Shown here: positions 30,036 to 38,400 of the stretch, piece after piece
How positions within the stretch are numbered: position 1 is the stretch's first letter
How the letters are laid out: the number at the start of each line of letters is the position of its first letter
Source: a virus
Reading direction: 5' to 3' (one strand)
DNA length: 64,000 bases
Virus record (IMG/VR): IMGVR_UViG_3300036985_010228
Location: 1 to 64,000 of that record
The notes under the pieces: model-generated
What the model saw: the letters and a program-made list of their open reading frames with translations, nothing else
What the model was told of the DNA's origin: nothing
Database searches by the model: none
Program-made: the position numbers and the translations under genes

Positions 30036-30720
30036 GCAACTCGACCTCCTCCAGGACTGCAACGAGCACCGGACTCCTCCGAAGGAGTTCATGAGCATTT
30101 TCTGCCAGCGGTGTCGCAACGGCAACTGCGTGAACGCTGGGTGGGCTGAGTCCACCTGGGAGGATCGTATTGCCACCCAGGTCAGCCGCCTGCTCACGAA
30201 CCCGAACTTCGGGGACCCGAGGGACCCACAGTTCAAGGACGTGGTGAACCTCGACTTCCGGCACCTGGCCGAGCCCCTGAAGGTGGACTCGTGGGAGGTC
30301 CCGCAGGCACACCTCGTTCTCCCTGAGCGTCAGACGAGTCGCTCCGAGGACGTGGAGCGGGCGATCCAAGCCCTCTCCGAGGCTCGTGGCGGGAAGCCAG
30401 CCGCGCCAGCCGTCGAGGTGACGACAGCCGCAGAGGCTGTTCCTGTCCAGCAGGCTCCTCAGCCCCCCGTCCCTGTGCGCCCGGACCCGAGGCCAAACCC
30501 CCGGCACTACACAGCCGATACACCTCCTGTGTCCTCACCCCAGAGGGACGCCAACACGGCCTTCCCTGCGGAGGGGCTCATGCTCGACGGGAGCCCGCCT
30601 GACCTACCTGGTCCAGGAGGGTCCACGGGAGACCCATGGGCACCACCCGCTCCGACCAATCAGCCACGAAAAGTCCCCGTCGGTGCCCGGATCCGAATGG
30701 GGGAAGAGCCGAAGAAATGA
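30016..30720 (+). CDS. Hypothetical protein, Cys-rich N-terminus and Pro-rich C-terminus
   Basis: 234 aa; C...FCQRCRNGNC motif. Confidence 0.65.
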   Translation: MTNRLDRQLDLLQDCNEHRTPPKEFMSIFCQRCRNGNCVNAGWAESTWEDRIATQVSRLLTNPNFGDPRDPQFKDVVNLDFRHLAEPLKVDSWEVPQAHLVLPERQTSRSEDVERAIQALSEARGGKPAAPAVEVTTAAEAVPVQQAPQPPVPVRPDPRPNPRHYTADTPPVSSPQRDANTAFPAEGLMLDGSPPDLPGPGGSTGDPWAPPAPTNQPRKVPVGARIRMGEEPKK

Positions 30721-31094
30721 CCCCGAACTACCTGATCGAGATCTACGCCCTCATTCACGCCACCCGCTCCCGAGCAGCGTGGAGCGTCGTGCTGGTTCCA
30801 CGAAAGCGGTACGAGGAGACGATCCTCACGATCTCGGCTCTGAGCGACGTACAGTTCTGTGGTCGCACGATCCTCTGGCCTGACACGAAGCGGAAGCTCT
30901 CGGTCGCCTACGCTGGACAAGAACTCTTCGTCCCCAAGGGAACCCCATTCAATCTGTTCCTCGCTGGTTGGGGTGGCTCCTCGAAGGAGGACGCGAAGGC
31001 GCTGGTCGCATGGCGCGAGGCCGCTCTGAACTTCATTCCGTGCTCGGATTGGGCGGTCGGATCTCAGTTCGTCGAATCTGTCCCGGCGGTATAG
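30717..31094 (+). CDS. Hypothetical protein
   Basis: ATGA overlap with the upstream stop. Confidence 0.55.
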   Translation: MTPNYLIEIYALIHATRSRAAWSVVLVPRKRYEETILTISALSDVQFCGRTILWPDTKRKLSVAYAGQELFVPKGTPFNLFLAGWGGSSKEDAKALVAWREAALNFIPCSDWAVGSQFVESVPAV

Positions 31095-31128
31095 CTTTCG
31101 GTCCTATAGACCTCGCGGGGTGTCTGAC

Positions 31129-31443
31129 ATGGGTAACTGGTGGTTTGACGATCAAGGGAAGAACAACTTGAAGGGCGTCCCAGGGGACGACTCGAACAAG
31201 GTAGTTCTCCCTGACAGTTCGATCATTGGTTTCATGCTCGAAGTCCCCCTTGCTCGCAGGGACTTCAAGCTGATCGTGCCCACCATGCTCCCCCTGGAGC
31301 AGGACCGCCTCAATGCCCTCGTCGCCCAGAACCCACGAATCCTGGAGCTTGAGCCCAACCTCGACCCTGGAATCCAGGACGACCGGCTCATGCAGAAGTT
31401 CAACACCCCTGGGTTTCACGACCCGAACCGGAGAAAACGATGA
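31129..31443 (+). CDS. Hypothetical protein
   Basis: About 104 aa, follows a TTTC-N4-CTAT motif. Confidence 0.6.
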   Translation: MGNWWFDDQGKNNLKGVPGDDSNKVVLPDSSIIGFMLEVPLARRDFKLIVPTMLPLEQDRLNALVAQNPRILELEPNLDPGIQDDRLMQKFNTPGFHDPNRRKR

Positions 31444-31826
31444 AGACCACCGCTCTTGCACTCCTGACCTCTCTCGCGATCCTTTCCGGCTGTGCGACGA
31501 TCCGGGACAAGGCTGTCTACGCAACGGAGGTTCAGTATGTGGACCTGACGGTTCGCCGTGAAGCTCCGGTGGTCCGCCAGTTCCTGACGACCTCCTGCAC
31601 CTGTTCCGCCACGTTCGAGTGGACGGCGTCGGCAGAGGGTGGCTCGTCTACCGACTGCGCTGCGGCGGCGGATTGGTACCGGGTGTACGCGACGCGCTGG
31701 GCGTGGCACGTCTCCATGATCCAGTACAACGGCAACATGACCGACACGGACCCCGGCCCGATCCCGGAGATCGTGCCCTCGTGCGAACTCCCGGAACTCC
31801 CGCCGACCGCCGGAGGTGAGTCGTGA
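31440..31826 (+). CDS. Lipoprotein
   Basis: MKTTALALLTSLAILSGC: signal peptide II with LSGC lipobox. Confidence 0.8.
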   Translation: MKTTALALLTSLAILSGCATIRDKAVYATEVQYVDLTVRREAPVVRQFLTTSCTCSATFEWTASAEGGSSTDCAAAADWYRVYATRWAWHVSMIQYNGNMTDTDPGPIPEIVPSCELPELPPTAGGES

Positions 31827-32218
31827 GCGCCCTCTTCAAGGGAGGGGTGGACACCCTCATGCGCCTGCTCAAGACCCAGGGCGTCCCTGCGGTCTCGGCC
31901 TCGCTGGAGAAGCTGTCCAACGAAGCCACGGAGGACTGGCAGAAGTCCCTCCTCAAGATCGGCGTCAGCCTGATCTCCGAGCACGGCGTGGACGGCCTGA
32001 ACATTCTCGAAGACACTGTCTCCAACCTGCTGAACGGGAAGACAGTGAACCTCTCGGCGCTCTCAATGCAGGAGGCGAGCGACATTCTCGCCGTCATGCA
32101 GCGGCGCGAGGCTGACCACAAGAACCAGGTCACGCTCTACACACAGGCGGTGATCGAGGCGCTCGGTAAGGCGCTCTCGACCCTCGTCTCGACCCTCTTC
32201 AAGGAGATCCGGCTGTGA
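31823..32218 (+). CDS. Hypothetical alpha-helical protein
   Basis: 131 aa, GTGA overlaps at both ends. Confidence 0.65.
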   Translation: MSALFKGGVDTLMRLLKTQGVPAVSASLEKLSNEATEDWQKSLLKIGVSLISEHGVDGLNILEDTVSNLLNGKTVNLSALSMQEASDILAVMQRREADHKNQVTLYTQAVIEALGKALSTLVSTLFKEIRL

Positions 32219-32493
32219 CAGCCCCCCGAACAACTGCCGGTCCAGGGCATATCTTCCACGGTGGCGGCGAGGTCGCCCCGGAACCCGTGGTCGCAGCCCC
32301 AGTCGCCCCGGCTGCCAAGCCGAAGTCGCACCACAAGAAGCCGGAGCCGGTCGCAGCCCTGCCCGTCGAGCCCGAGCCCGTCGAGCCTGAGCCCACGCCT
32401 GAGGCCCAGCCCGAAGTTCAGCCTGAGGAGCCCTCCGAGAAGCCCAAGAAGGCGAAGGAGCCCAAGAAGAAGAAGTCCGAGAAGGACGAGTGA
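32215..32493 (+). CDS. Low-complexity Pro/Glu/Lys-rich protein
   Basis: PVEPEPVEPEP and KKAKEPKKKK tracts. Confidence 0.55.
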   Translation: MTAPRTTAGPGHIFHGGGEVAPEPVVAAPVAPAAKPKSHHKKPEPVAALPVEPEPVEPEPTPEAQPEVQPEEPSEKPKKAKEPKKKKSEKDE

Positions 32494-32505
32494 ACTGCTG
32501 CCCGC

Positions 32506-32925
32506 ATGGTCCTCACCGTCTCCAAGTACATACCGAAGGAACTCTACGGGTTCCTTGAGGGTGCTGGGCAGCGGGTCTTCTTCCACCTGTCCGAGTTCGA
32601 CCCGCTAGGCGGGCCGCCTCCAATCATTGGAGAACAGGTCGAGGTCGGGCAGATCGAGCTTGTTGAGAGCAAGAGCTACCGCGCCAGGTCGGTGAGGCGA
32701 GTGCTCAGGACCGAGCACCTCACCGGGACAGTCACTCGATTCGACCACCGGGTAGGGTATGGCTTCGTCACGGTGGGGAGAGAGCAGTTCTTCCTGCACC
32801 GAAGCGACCTCCTGGACGGGAGCCTGCCGCTCGTGGGGGCGGTGGTAGAGTTCTACGTCGCTGGCTCGATCCGACCCTCTGCACGTCCACGGGCGTGCCA
32901 TGCCCGTCTCCTGCGAGGTACCTGA
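32506..32925 (+). CDS. Tandem cold-shock-domain (OB-fold) protein
   Basis: Two CSD units: YGFLE...VFFHLS and GTVTRFDHRVGYGFV...FFLHRSD...VEF. Confidence 0.85.
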   Translation: MVLTVSKYIPKELYGFLEGAGQRVFFHLSEFDPLGGPPPIIGEQVEVGQIELVESKSYRARSVRRVLRTEHLTGTVTRFDHRVGYGFVTVGREQFFLHRSDLLDGSLPLVGAVVEFYVAGSIRPSARPRACHARLLRGT

Positions 32926-33495
32926 ATGAGCAACGGTCGCAACGCCTTCGGTGGGAAGAACCCCAACTCGATCTACGTCCCCATGTCGGAGACGGAGCAG
33001 GAGGTGGTCTCCCGGCTGATTGAGAACGGCGACCTTCAGGTGGTCATTCACGGCTGGGGAGTCGTGGACAAGCCGAAGCTGACGCTCGGGGACGCGCAGG
33101 TCATGATCCCCATGACGATCCGGTTCGACCGGCCTGACCAGCCCGTCGGGGTCACCTACTTCGACCTGGAGCTACGGACGCTGTCCGGGTACAAGCTCTT
33201 CCGGGAGCAGCACCCGACGATCTACAACGGGCAGCCGCTCATGGTCATGGCCGGGACCGAGATCAGCATGGTCTGGCACATCGGCATCAACCACATGGAC
33301 CCCCGCCTCGTCAAAGCGATCCTCCCAGGTGCAGTCGGCCTCACGTCCCGCGTCCTCGACAAGGACACAGGGCGGGCGACGGTGACCGGGAACATGAAGC
33401 TCGACGCGGCGAAGGAGCGGACGCTCGCTGCGGTTCGACGCGGCGAGGCCAAAGTTCGCGCCGATAAAGAGAAGGACCTCAAGAAGCTCCGGTAG
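32926..33495 (+). CDS. Hypothetical protein
   Basis: 189 aa with typical codon usage. Confidence 0.7.
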   Translation: MSNGRNAFGGKNPNSIYVPMSETEQEVVSRLIENGDLQVVIHGWGVVDKPKLTLGDAQVMIPMTIRFDRPDQPVGVTYFDLELRTLSGYKLFREQHPTIYNGQPLMVMAGTEISMVWHIGINHMDPRLVKAILPGAVGLTSRVLDKDTGRATVTGNMKLDAAKERTLAAVRRGEAKVRADKEKDLKKLR

Positions 33496-33556
33496 CGGTT
33501 TCCACGCTATGCGTCGCCCCGGTTAGCTACGTCCCTCGGGCGGAGCGGAGGCACGC

Positions 33557-34180
33557 ATGGCTCTGATCGGAAGTGGGGAGAGGGCACTGATTCTGAGCGA
33601 CCAGGTGAGCACAAGCTCGCCGATTGGTCTGGACCAGGAAACGCCTCTCTCTGGCCGGATCCTGATCTTCCTCGACTCAACCCCCACCCATGGGCTCTGG
33701 TCGAAGGACGAGTCCGGTGCCGTCAAGCCGCTCAACGGCGGCACAATGTCCGACCTCTCCTGGGAGGCCGTCACACCCTTCGCTTCACCAACCCCGGCGG
33801 GGGACATTACACACTCGGGGCGTGTGGCGGTTGGTCTCGACCCGTTGCTGCTGGTTCCGATCCCTGCGGGGATCGAGTTCCAGGTGGTCGGGTCTGAGTC
33901 CCTGGAGGGCTCAATCTTCTTCCTGGAGGGCACGGTCGCAGGCGACCAGGTGTCCCACAACCAGGTCTTCGCCAGCACGACCGACAAGGGGCTCTACGCC
34001 AAGCCGGAGGGACTCCCCGAGCGGCGGATCGACGCCCCTGGGCTCATTCGGAAGAAGATCCCCGCCGGAGAGCAGATCATTGCTCCCGACGGCTCTCAGT
34101 ACCTCGTGTTTGGCAGCTTCACTCTTGAGGCAGGGGCTGTGCTCACCCTGCTTGGGGACGCGGACCTCGTGGTCCTCTGA
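33557..34180 (+). CDS. Putative fibre-associated virion protein
   Basis: Carries the GLWSKDESGAVKPLNGG module shared with the downstream fibre paralogs. Confidence 0.6.
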   Translation: MALIGSGERALILSDQVSTSSPIGLDQETPLSGRILIFLDSTPTHGLWSKDESGAVKPLNGGTMSDLSWEAVTPFASPTPAGDITHSGRVAVGLDPLLLVPIPAGIEFQVVGSESLEGSIFFLEGTVAGDQVSHNQVFASTTDKGLYAKPEGLPERRIDAPGLIRKKIPAGEQIIAPDGSQYLVFGSFTLEAGAVLTLLGDADLVVL

Positions 34181-34186
34181 AGAACC

Positions 34187-35605
34187 ATGGCCAAGATCCT
34201 CACGACTGACGGCGCAGCACCCGCAGAGCTTCCGGCTCCTGGGACTCATGCCGTCTACACGAAGAACGACCTCCCCGGTGTGTCTGGCCTCTACGTCATG
34301 GACAGCACGGGCGTGGAGGTCGGCCCGCTCTCCACTGGCGGCGGGCCGCCGGGAGGACCCGCGAGCGGTGTCCTGACAGGGAGCTACCCTGGCCCTGGGC
34401 TTGCCGCTGGCGTCGTCGGCACGGTCAACATTGCGCCCCTGGCCGTCACGTCCACGGAGTTGGCCGACAACTCGGTGACGAACGTGAAAATGGCCGACAA
34501 CTCGGTCAACACCCTGGAGCTAGTGGACTCGGCTGTCCAGACAGCCAAGATTGCACTCGGGGCCGTCAACACGGCGAGGATTGCGCTCGGGGCTGTGACA
34601 GCCGACCGGCTCGCAATGACTCCCGTGCCCTACGGGTTCATTCTCTCGGACGCCGTGGGTGGGCCATGGACGGGCGGGCTACCCCTGCGGGTGAAGTTCG
34701 CGGCTCCTTCCGGGATCTCAATCCTCGGGGACCTCGGTGGCCTGACCGACCCGGCCTTCCCTCGGCTCAGGGGTGCCCTCGACGCGGACCTCGGGTACCT
34801 GCCGAAGGTGCTGCCCTACCAGATCAAGTCCTCGGTGGACCTGGCGGGACGCACAGACTACCCGACGGTCTTCGACGTTGCCAACTCTATCCTCCAAGTG
34901 GTGACACTTCCCGACTCGCGGAAGTACCCGCCAGGCACGGAGCTTACCTTCGTCCATAAGGGTGACGCGCCTATCGTCATTCTCAAGACCGGCACGGTCG
35001 GCGGTGGTTTCTCCAATATCGTCGGCAACTCCCCCCGCGTTCCGGCTGCGGACCAGTTGGTCATTCCCGGACAGACCCGGCGGTTCACCACGTTCGGGAC
35101 CGGGTGGCTTGTCTCTCGGGAGGTCTTCTCCCGCCTCAAGAACGTCTCGGCTGCTCTCGGGACGGCAGACGCAGTGGGTGGGTCTGCTGCCTGGAAGTTG
35201 AACCCGGCTTCCTCCTCGGTGTGGGAGGCTCTGAACTCGCTTGGGTTCCTCTCGTTCCCTGTGGACCTGCCTGAAGGCTCGACCCTCACGGACGTGGAGG
35301 TTCTCCTTGCAATGTCTGGGGCGGTCCCAGTGACCACCATGGCGGTCTACCTTTACCGGGAGGACCTCGACTATGTGGCCCTGACGAGGGCTAGTGTCCT
35401 CGTCGCTGGACCTGTCTCAGCCGCTGCCGTCTCCGGAGGGGTGATCCAGAAGGTGTCCCTCACCGGTCTGACTGAGATCCTCTACACCCCAGGCGACGGG
35501 GCTGCACCTCAACGGTATTGGACTGTGGCTATCGCGCCCTCCTCTGGCGTCCCTGGAGCTACTCAGAACAGCGTCTTCGGAGTGCGTCTCACCTACACGC
35601 TCTGA
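34187..35605 (+). CDS. Tail or head fibre-like protein
   Basis: 10-aa repeats (AVTSTELADN, SVTNVKMADN, AVQTAKIALG) typical of trimeric fibres; GPASGVLTGSYPGP module. Confidence 0.75.
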   Translation: MAKILTTDGAAPAELPAPGTHAVYTKNDLPGVSGLYVMDSTGVEVGPLSTGGGPPGGPASGVLTGSYPGPGLAAGVVGTVNIAPLAVTSTELADNSVTNVKMADNSVNTLELVDSAVQTAKIALGAVNTARIALGAVTADRLAMTPVPYGFILSDAVGGPWTGGLPLRVKFAAPSGISILGDLGGLTDPAFPRLRGALDADLGYLPKVLPYQIKSSVDLAGRTDYPTVFDVANSILQVVTLPDSRKYPPGTELTFVHKGDAPIVILKTGTVGGGFSNIVGNSPRVPAADQLVIPGQTRRFTTFGTGWLVSREVFSRLKNVSAALGTADAVGGSAAWKLNPASSSVWEALNSLGFLSFPVDLPEGSTLTDVEVLLAMSGAVPVTTMAVYLYREDLDYVALTRASVLVAGPVSAAAVSGGVIQKVSLTGLTEILYTPGDGAAPQRYWTVAIAPSSGVPGATQNSVFGVRLTYTL

Positions 35606-35618
35606 TTGAGAAGAACAC

Positions 35619-36296
35619 ATGAGCCGAATCCTCACCACTGACGTACCCGTAGACCCGCCCAATCCTGCGGCTAGAACCCACACCCTCTACACGAAGGCGG
35701 CGGGTCTTTTCGTCAAGGACTCCACCGGGACCGTGGTTGGTCCGCTCTCCACGGGCGGGGGACTCGCCCCCCCAAGCAGCCAGGACCAGTTCCTCTTCGC
35801 AGACAGCACGCCTGCGTGGGTTGCTGGACTTCCACCACGGGTGAAGTTCGCGGGGCCTTCCAGGATCTCGATCCTCGGTGACCTCGGGGGTCTGACCGAC
35901 CCTCAGAGCCCCCGCGTCGTGAACTCGGTCGGCGTGGACGTGAACCTCGGGTACTTGGCTCGGACGCAGTACTCAGCCTTCCCAGCGGGTGGCGGTGCGC
36001 CTCCAGGCACGGCTCTGCCGGACGGCTTCACGTTCTACGAGGTCAGCCTGATCGCAGACGCCTGGTACCTGCTCCCTGATTGCAGGGTGTACCCGCCGGG
36101 AACGGAGATCGTGGTGGTGAACGCCACGAACTTGGTCCAGGTCGCCCGTATCACGGCAGACGGTGGTGGTGACGCCAACAGGGCGATCATTGGTCCTTCT
36201 ACCGCGACCGGCGGCACCCAGGACATAAGCCCCGACTACTCCGGGCGACGGTTCCTCACGAACGGGTCCGGTTGGATCCTGATCGGAGCGTTCTGA
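35619..36296 (+). CDS. Short paralog of the 34187 fibre protein
   Basis: Shares ILTTD...YTK..GL..DSTG..VGPLSTGGG, RVKFA.PS.ISILGDLGGLTDP and YPPGTE segments. Confidence 0.75.
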   Translation: MSRILTTDVPVDPPNPAARTHTLYTKAAGLFVKDSTGTVVGPLSTGGGLAPPSSQDQFLFADSTPAWVAGLPPRVKFAGPSRISILGDLGGLTDPQSPRVVNSVGVDVNLGYLARTQYSAFPAGGGAPPGTALPDGFTFYEVSLIADAWYLLPDCRVYPPGTEIVVVNATNLVQVARITADGGGDANRAIIGPSTATGGTQDISPDYSGRRFLTNGSGWILIGAF

Positions 36297-36297
36297 C

Positions 36298-36846
36298 ATG
36301 GCTGGCGCGTTCAACCTGCGCGGTGTAGGGGCGATCTACCTCGACCCGAACCCCAGCCTCCCTGAGGGTGGTGACCTGAACTCGGGGATCCTCACCTTCA
36401 ACGGGACCTCTGGCGCTCTGTACCTCTCATACTTCAACCAGAGCCAGATCCAGGTCACACAGCAGATCCCCGGCGGAGAGACCGGGATCCTCGCCTCGAA
36501 CATTCTCGTCGGGAAGTCAGGCACGTTCGGGGAAGTGTCCACGCTTGTCGGGGCGCTCTACCTGCCCTCAGGGGACCTCAGCAGTTCGTCGGCCTACCTT
36601 CAGGTGTCCAACCTGCAAGGGGTTTCGGTCAACACCTTCACGGTGGAGATCCTCCCCGTAGGTGGTCAGATCCCCGTTGCCACCTTCGCGATCTCGGCGG
36701 ACCCGTCCCAAATGAACGCGGGGGTGGTCAGCGTCACCAACCCCTTGCCCCTCACTGAGGGTTGGTACGGGGTGTTTGCCTCAGCCGTTAGCTCCGCGCC
36801 TTGCTTGATCGGCGGGCTCCGGCTCTGGATCTACCCGACTCCTTGA
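36298..36846 (+). CDS. Putative virion structural protein
   Basis: 182 aa, beta-rich, within the fibre cluster. Confidence 0.6.
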   Translation: MAGAFNLRGVGAIYLDPNPSLPEGGDLNSGILTFNGTSGALYLSYFNQSQIQVTQQIPGGETGILASNILVGKSGTFGEVSTLVGALYLPSGDLSSSSAYLQVSNLQGVSVNTFTVEILPVGGQIPVATFAISADPSQMNAGVVSVTNPLPLTEGWYGVFASAVSSAPCLIGGLRLWIYPTP

Positions 36847-36862
36847 GGCTAGGGACTCCTAA

Positions 36863-37939
36863 ATGCCCAGCATTGTAGTCAAAAACGTCACCTCCGCACC
36901 GTTCCAAGGGACGGCGGCGACGACGCTTTTCACGAAGGCTGACGGTCTTTGGGTCGTCCTGGAGGACGGCACCGTCTACGGCCCGCTCGGCGTTGGTCTT
37001 GGGGGACCTGCGGGCGGCGCTCTTGCTGGGAGCTACCCCAATCCGACGATCGCCACTGGTGCAGTCGGGATCAATCAGATCGCCGACGGGTCGGTGACGG
37101 GGGTGAAGATTGCGAACAGCGCGATCTCGCTCGCGCAGATCAACCCTTCCCTGATCGACCCAATTCCGGCTCTTCCGGGGCTCAGGACTCTGGGCTCAGG
37201 CGCGAACCAGGCCGTCGCGGGCAATGACCCCAAGCTCTACAACGCGAGGGTGCCCACAGGCACGGCTGCGGGAGCCGGGAGTGACCTCGGTGGCACCTAC
37301 CCGAGCCCGACGATTGCGAAGCTCCAAGGCTTCCCCCTCAGCATTGTCGCTCCTGCGGTCAACAACGTCCTGACCTGGGACGGCGCGAAGTGGGTCGCAG
37401 CCCCAGGCGGTGGCGGTGGTGGTGTCCCTGGGGGCGACCTCTCCGGGACGATCCCCGCAGCCGTCGTTGTCGGCCTCCAGACCTACCCTGTCTCGGCGAC
37501 AGCCCCCCTTCCTGGAGAGGGTCTCGTCTGGAACGGGATCCACTGGGCTCCGACCGCCGTGACGACGGGAATGCCCGGCCAGGTTGGTGGGACGTGGTCA
37601 GACCCCACGACCCTGCTGACTGTCCGGACCTTCGTTCGGTCGAGCGGTGTGGCCAACACGGTGGTCGCGGCGGACAAGACGCTCCCGGCCACGGCCCTGC
37701 CTCTGGTCGGCATGATCTCAGCGATCCCGGTCGCTGGGACCGTGACCGTGATCTACTACGGCGAGGTCTTCTGGGCTCCTGGAACCCTGACCCCCGGCGC
37801 TAGGTACTTCCTGAATACTTCCGGGACCATGGTGACTCCGGCTCCGGCTCCAGTCGTCGGCGAGGTCTCTATCTACCTGGGCTACGCGAAGAGCCCGACG
37901 ATCTTCGTGCTCACACCGGGCGCTCCTGTTTTCCTCTGA
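36863..37939 (+). CDS. Fibre or decoration protein
   Basis: Repeated GGDLxGxYPxP and VLTWDGAKWVAAP modules; C-terminal LTPGARYFLNTSG resembles capsid-cement (DUF2190-like) domains. Confidence 0.7.
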   Translation: MPSIVVKNVTSAPFQGTAATTLFTKADGLWVVLEDGTVYGPLGVGLGGPAGGALAGSYPNPTIATGAVGINQIADGSVTGVKIANSAISLAQINPSLIDPIPALPGLRTLGSGANQAVAGNDPKLYNARVPTGTAAGAGSDLGGTYPSPTIAKLQGFPLSIVAPAVNNVLTWDGAKWVAAPGGGGGGVPGGDLSGTIPAAVVVGLQTYPVSATAPLPGEGLVWNGIHWAPTAVTTGMPGQVGGTWSDPTTLLTVRTFVRSSGVANTVVAADKTLPATALPLVGMISAIPVAGTVTVIYYGEVFWAPGTLTPGARYFLNTSGTMVTPAPAPVVGEVSIYLGYAKSPTIFVLTPGAPVFL

Positions 37940-37946
37940 CCACCCC

Positions 37947-37976
37947 TTTCCGCTCTATAACCGGCGCTCTGTAGAG
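37947..37976 (+). promoter_or_regulatory. Best copy of the conserved upstream motif TTKC-N4-CTAT-N12-GTAG (putative phage promoter)
   Basis: tttc-cgct-ctat-aaccggcgctct-gtagag; related copies near 1490, 7199, 19832, 31096, 33499, 44251, 50490 and 62169. Confidence 0.6.
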
Positions 37977-37990
37977 AACGAGGCTGACGA

Positions 37991-38320
37991 ATGGCTGCTG
38001 CAAAGCGATACAAGCTCACCCAGGAAATGATCGACTCGTTCTACACGCAGGACGGGAAGTTCCAGTTCCGGACTGGGTTCGACAGGGACAACGAGAACTG
38101 CATTTGCGGTCCCATGCTCTGCCCGGTGATCGAGATCAACGACACCGACGTGGTGCAGACCACGAACGTGACCGCCCAGGACTACCTCCTCCACTTCAGG
38201 ATCCCTCAGGGGATCTCCAAGAACGGGGTGAGGCCCCCGGCAGGTCCCGTGTGGCTCGACGTGACGGCTACTCAGCCAGTCGCGAACGTGGACCTCGACC
38301 CGTACTTCCCCCAGCAGTGA
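37991..38320 (+). CDS. Hypothetical (probably virion) protein
   Basis: 109 aa, TTTC-N4-CTAT-N12-GTAG motif upstream. Confidence 0.65.
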   Translation: MAAAKRYKLTQEMIDSFYTQDGKFQFRTGFDRDNENCICGPMLCPVIEINDTDVVQTTNVTAQDYLLHFRIPQGISKNGVRPPAGPVWLDVTATQPVANVDLDPYFPQQ

Positions 38321-38400
38321 CAATCCAACCTCCTGCCTAGCAGGAGGTACCGAGCTTTAGACAGCAAACCTTCGGCAATCTGCCAAGAAGAGGCTCCACC

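Noticed and set aside
34689-35901. Possible diversity-generating retroelement TR/VR pair
   Set aside because: The differences are mostly synonymous and not adenine-specific, and there is no reverse transcriptase in the window; this is ordinary paralogy.
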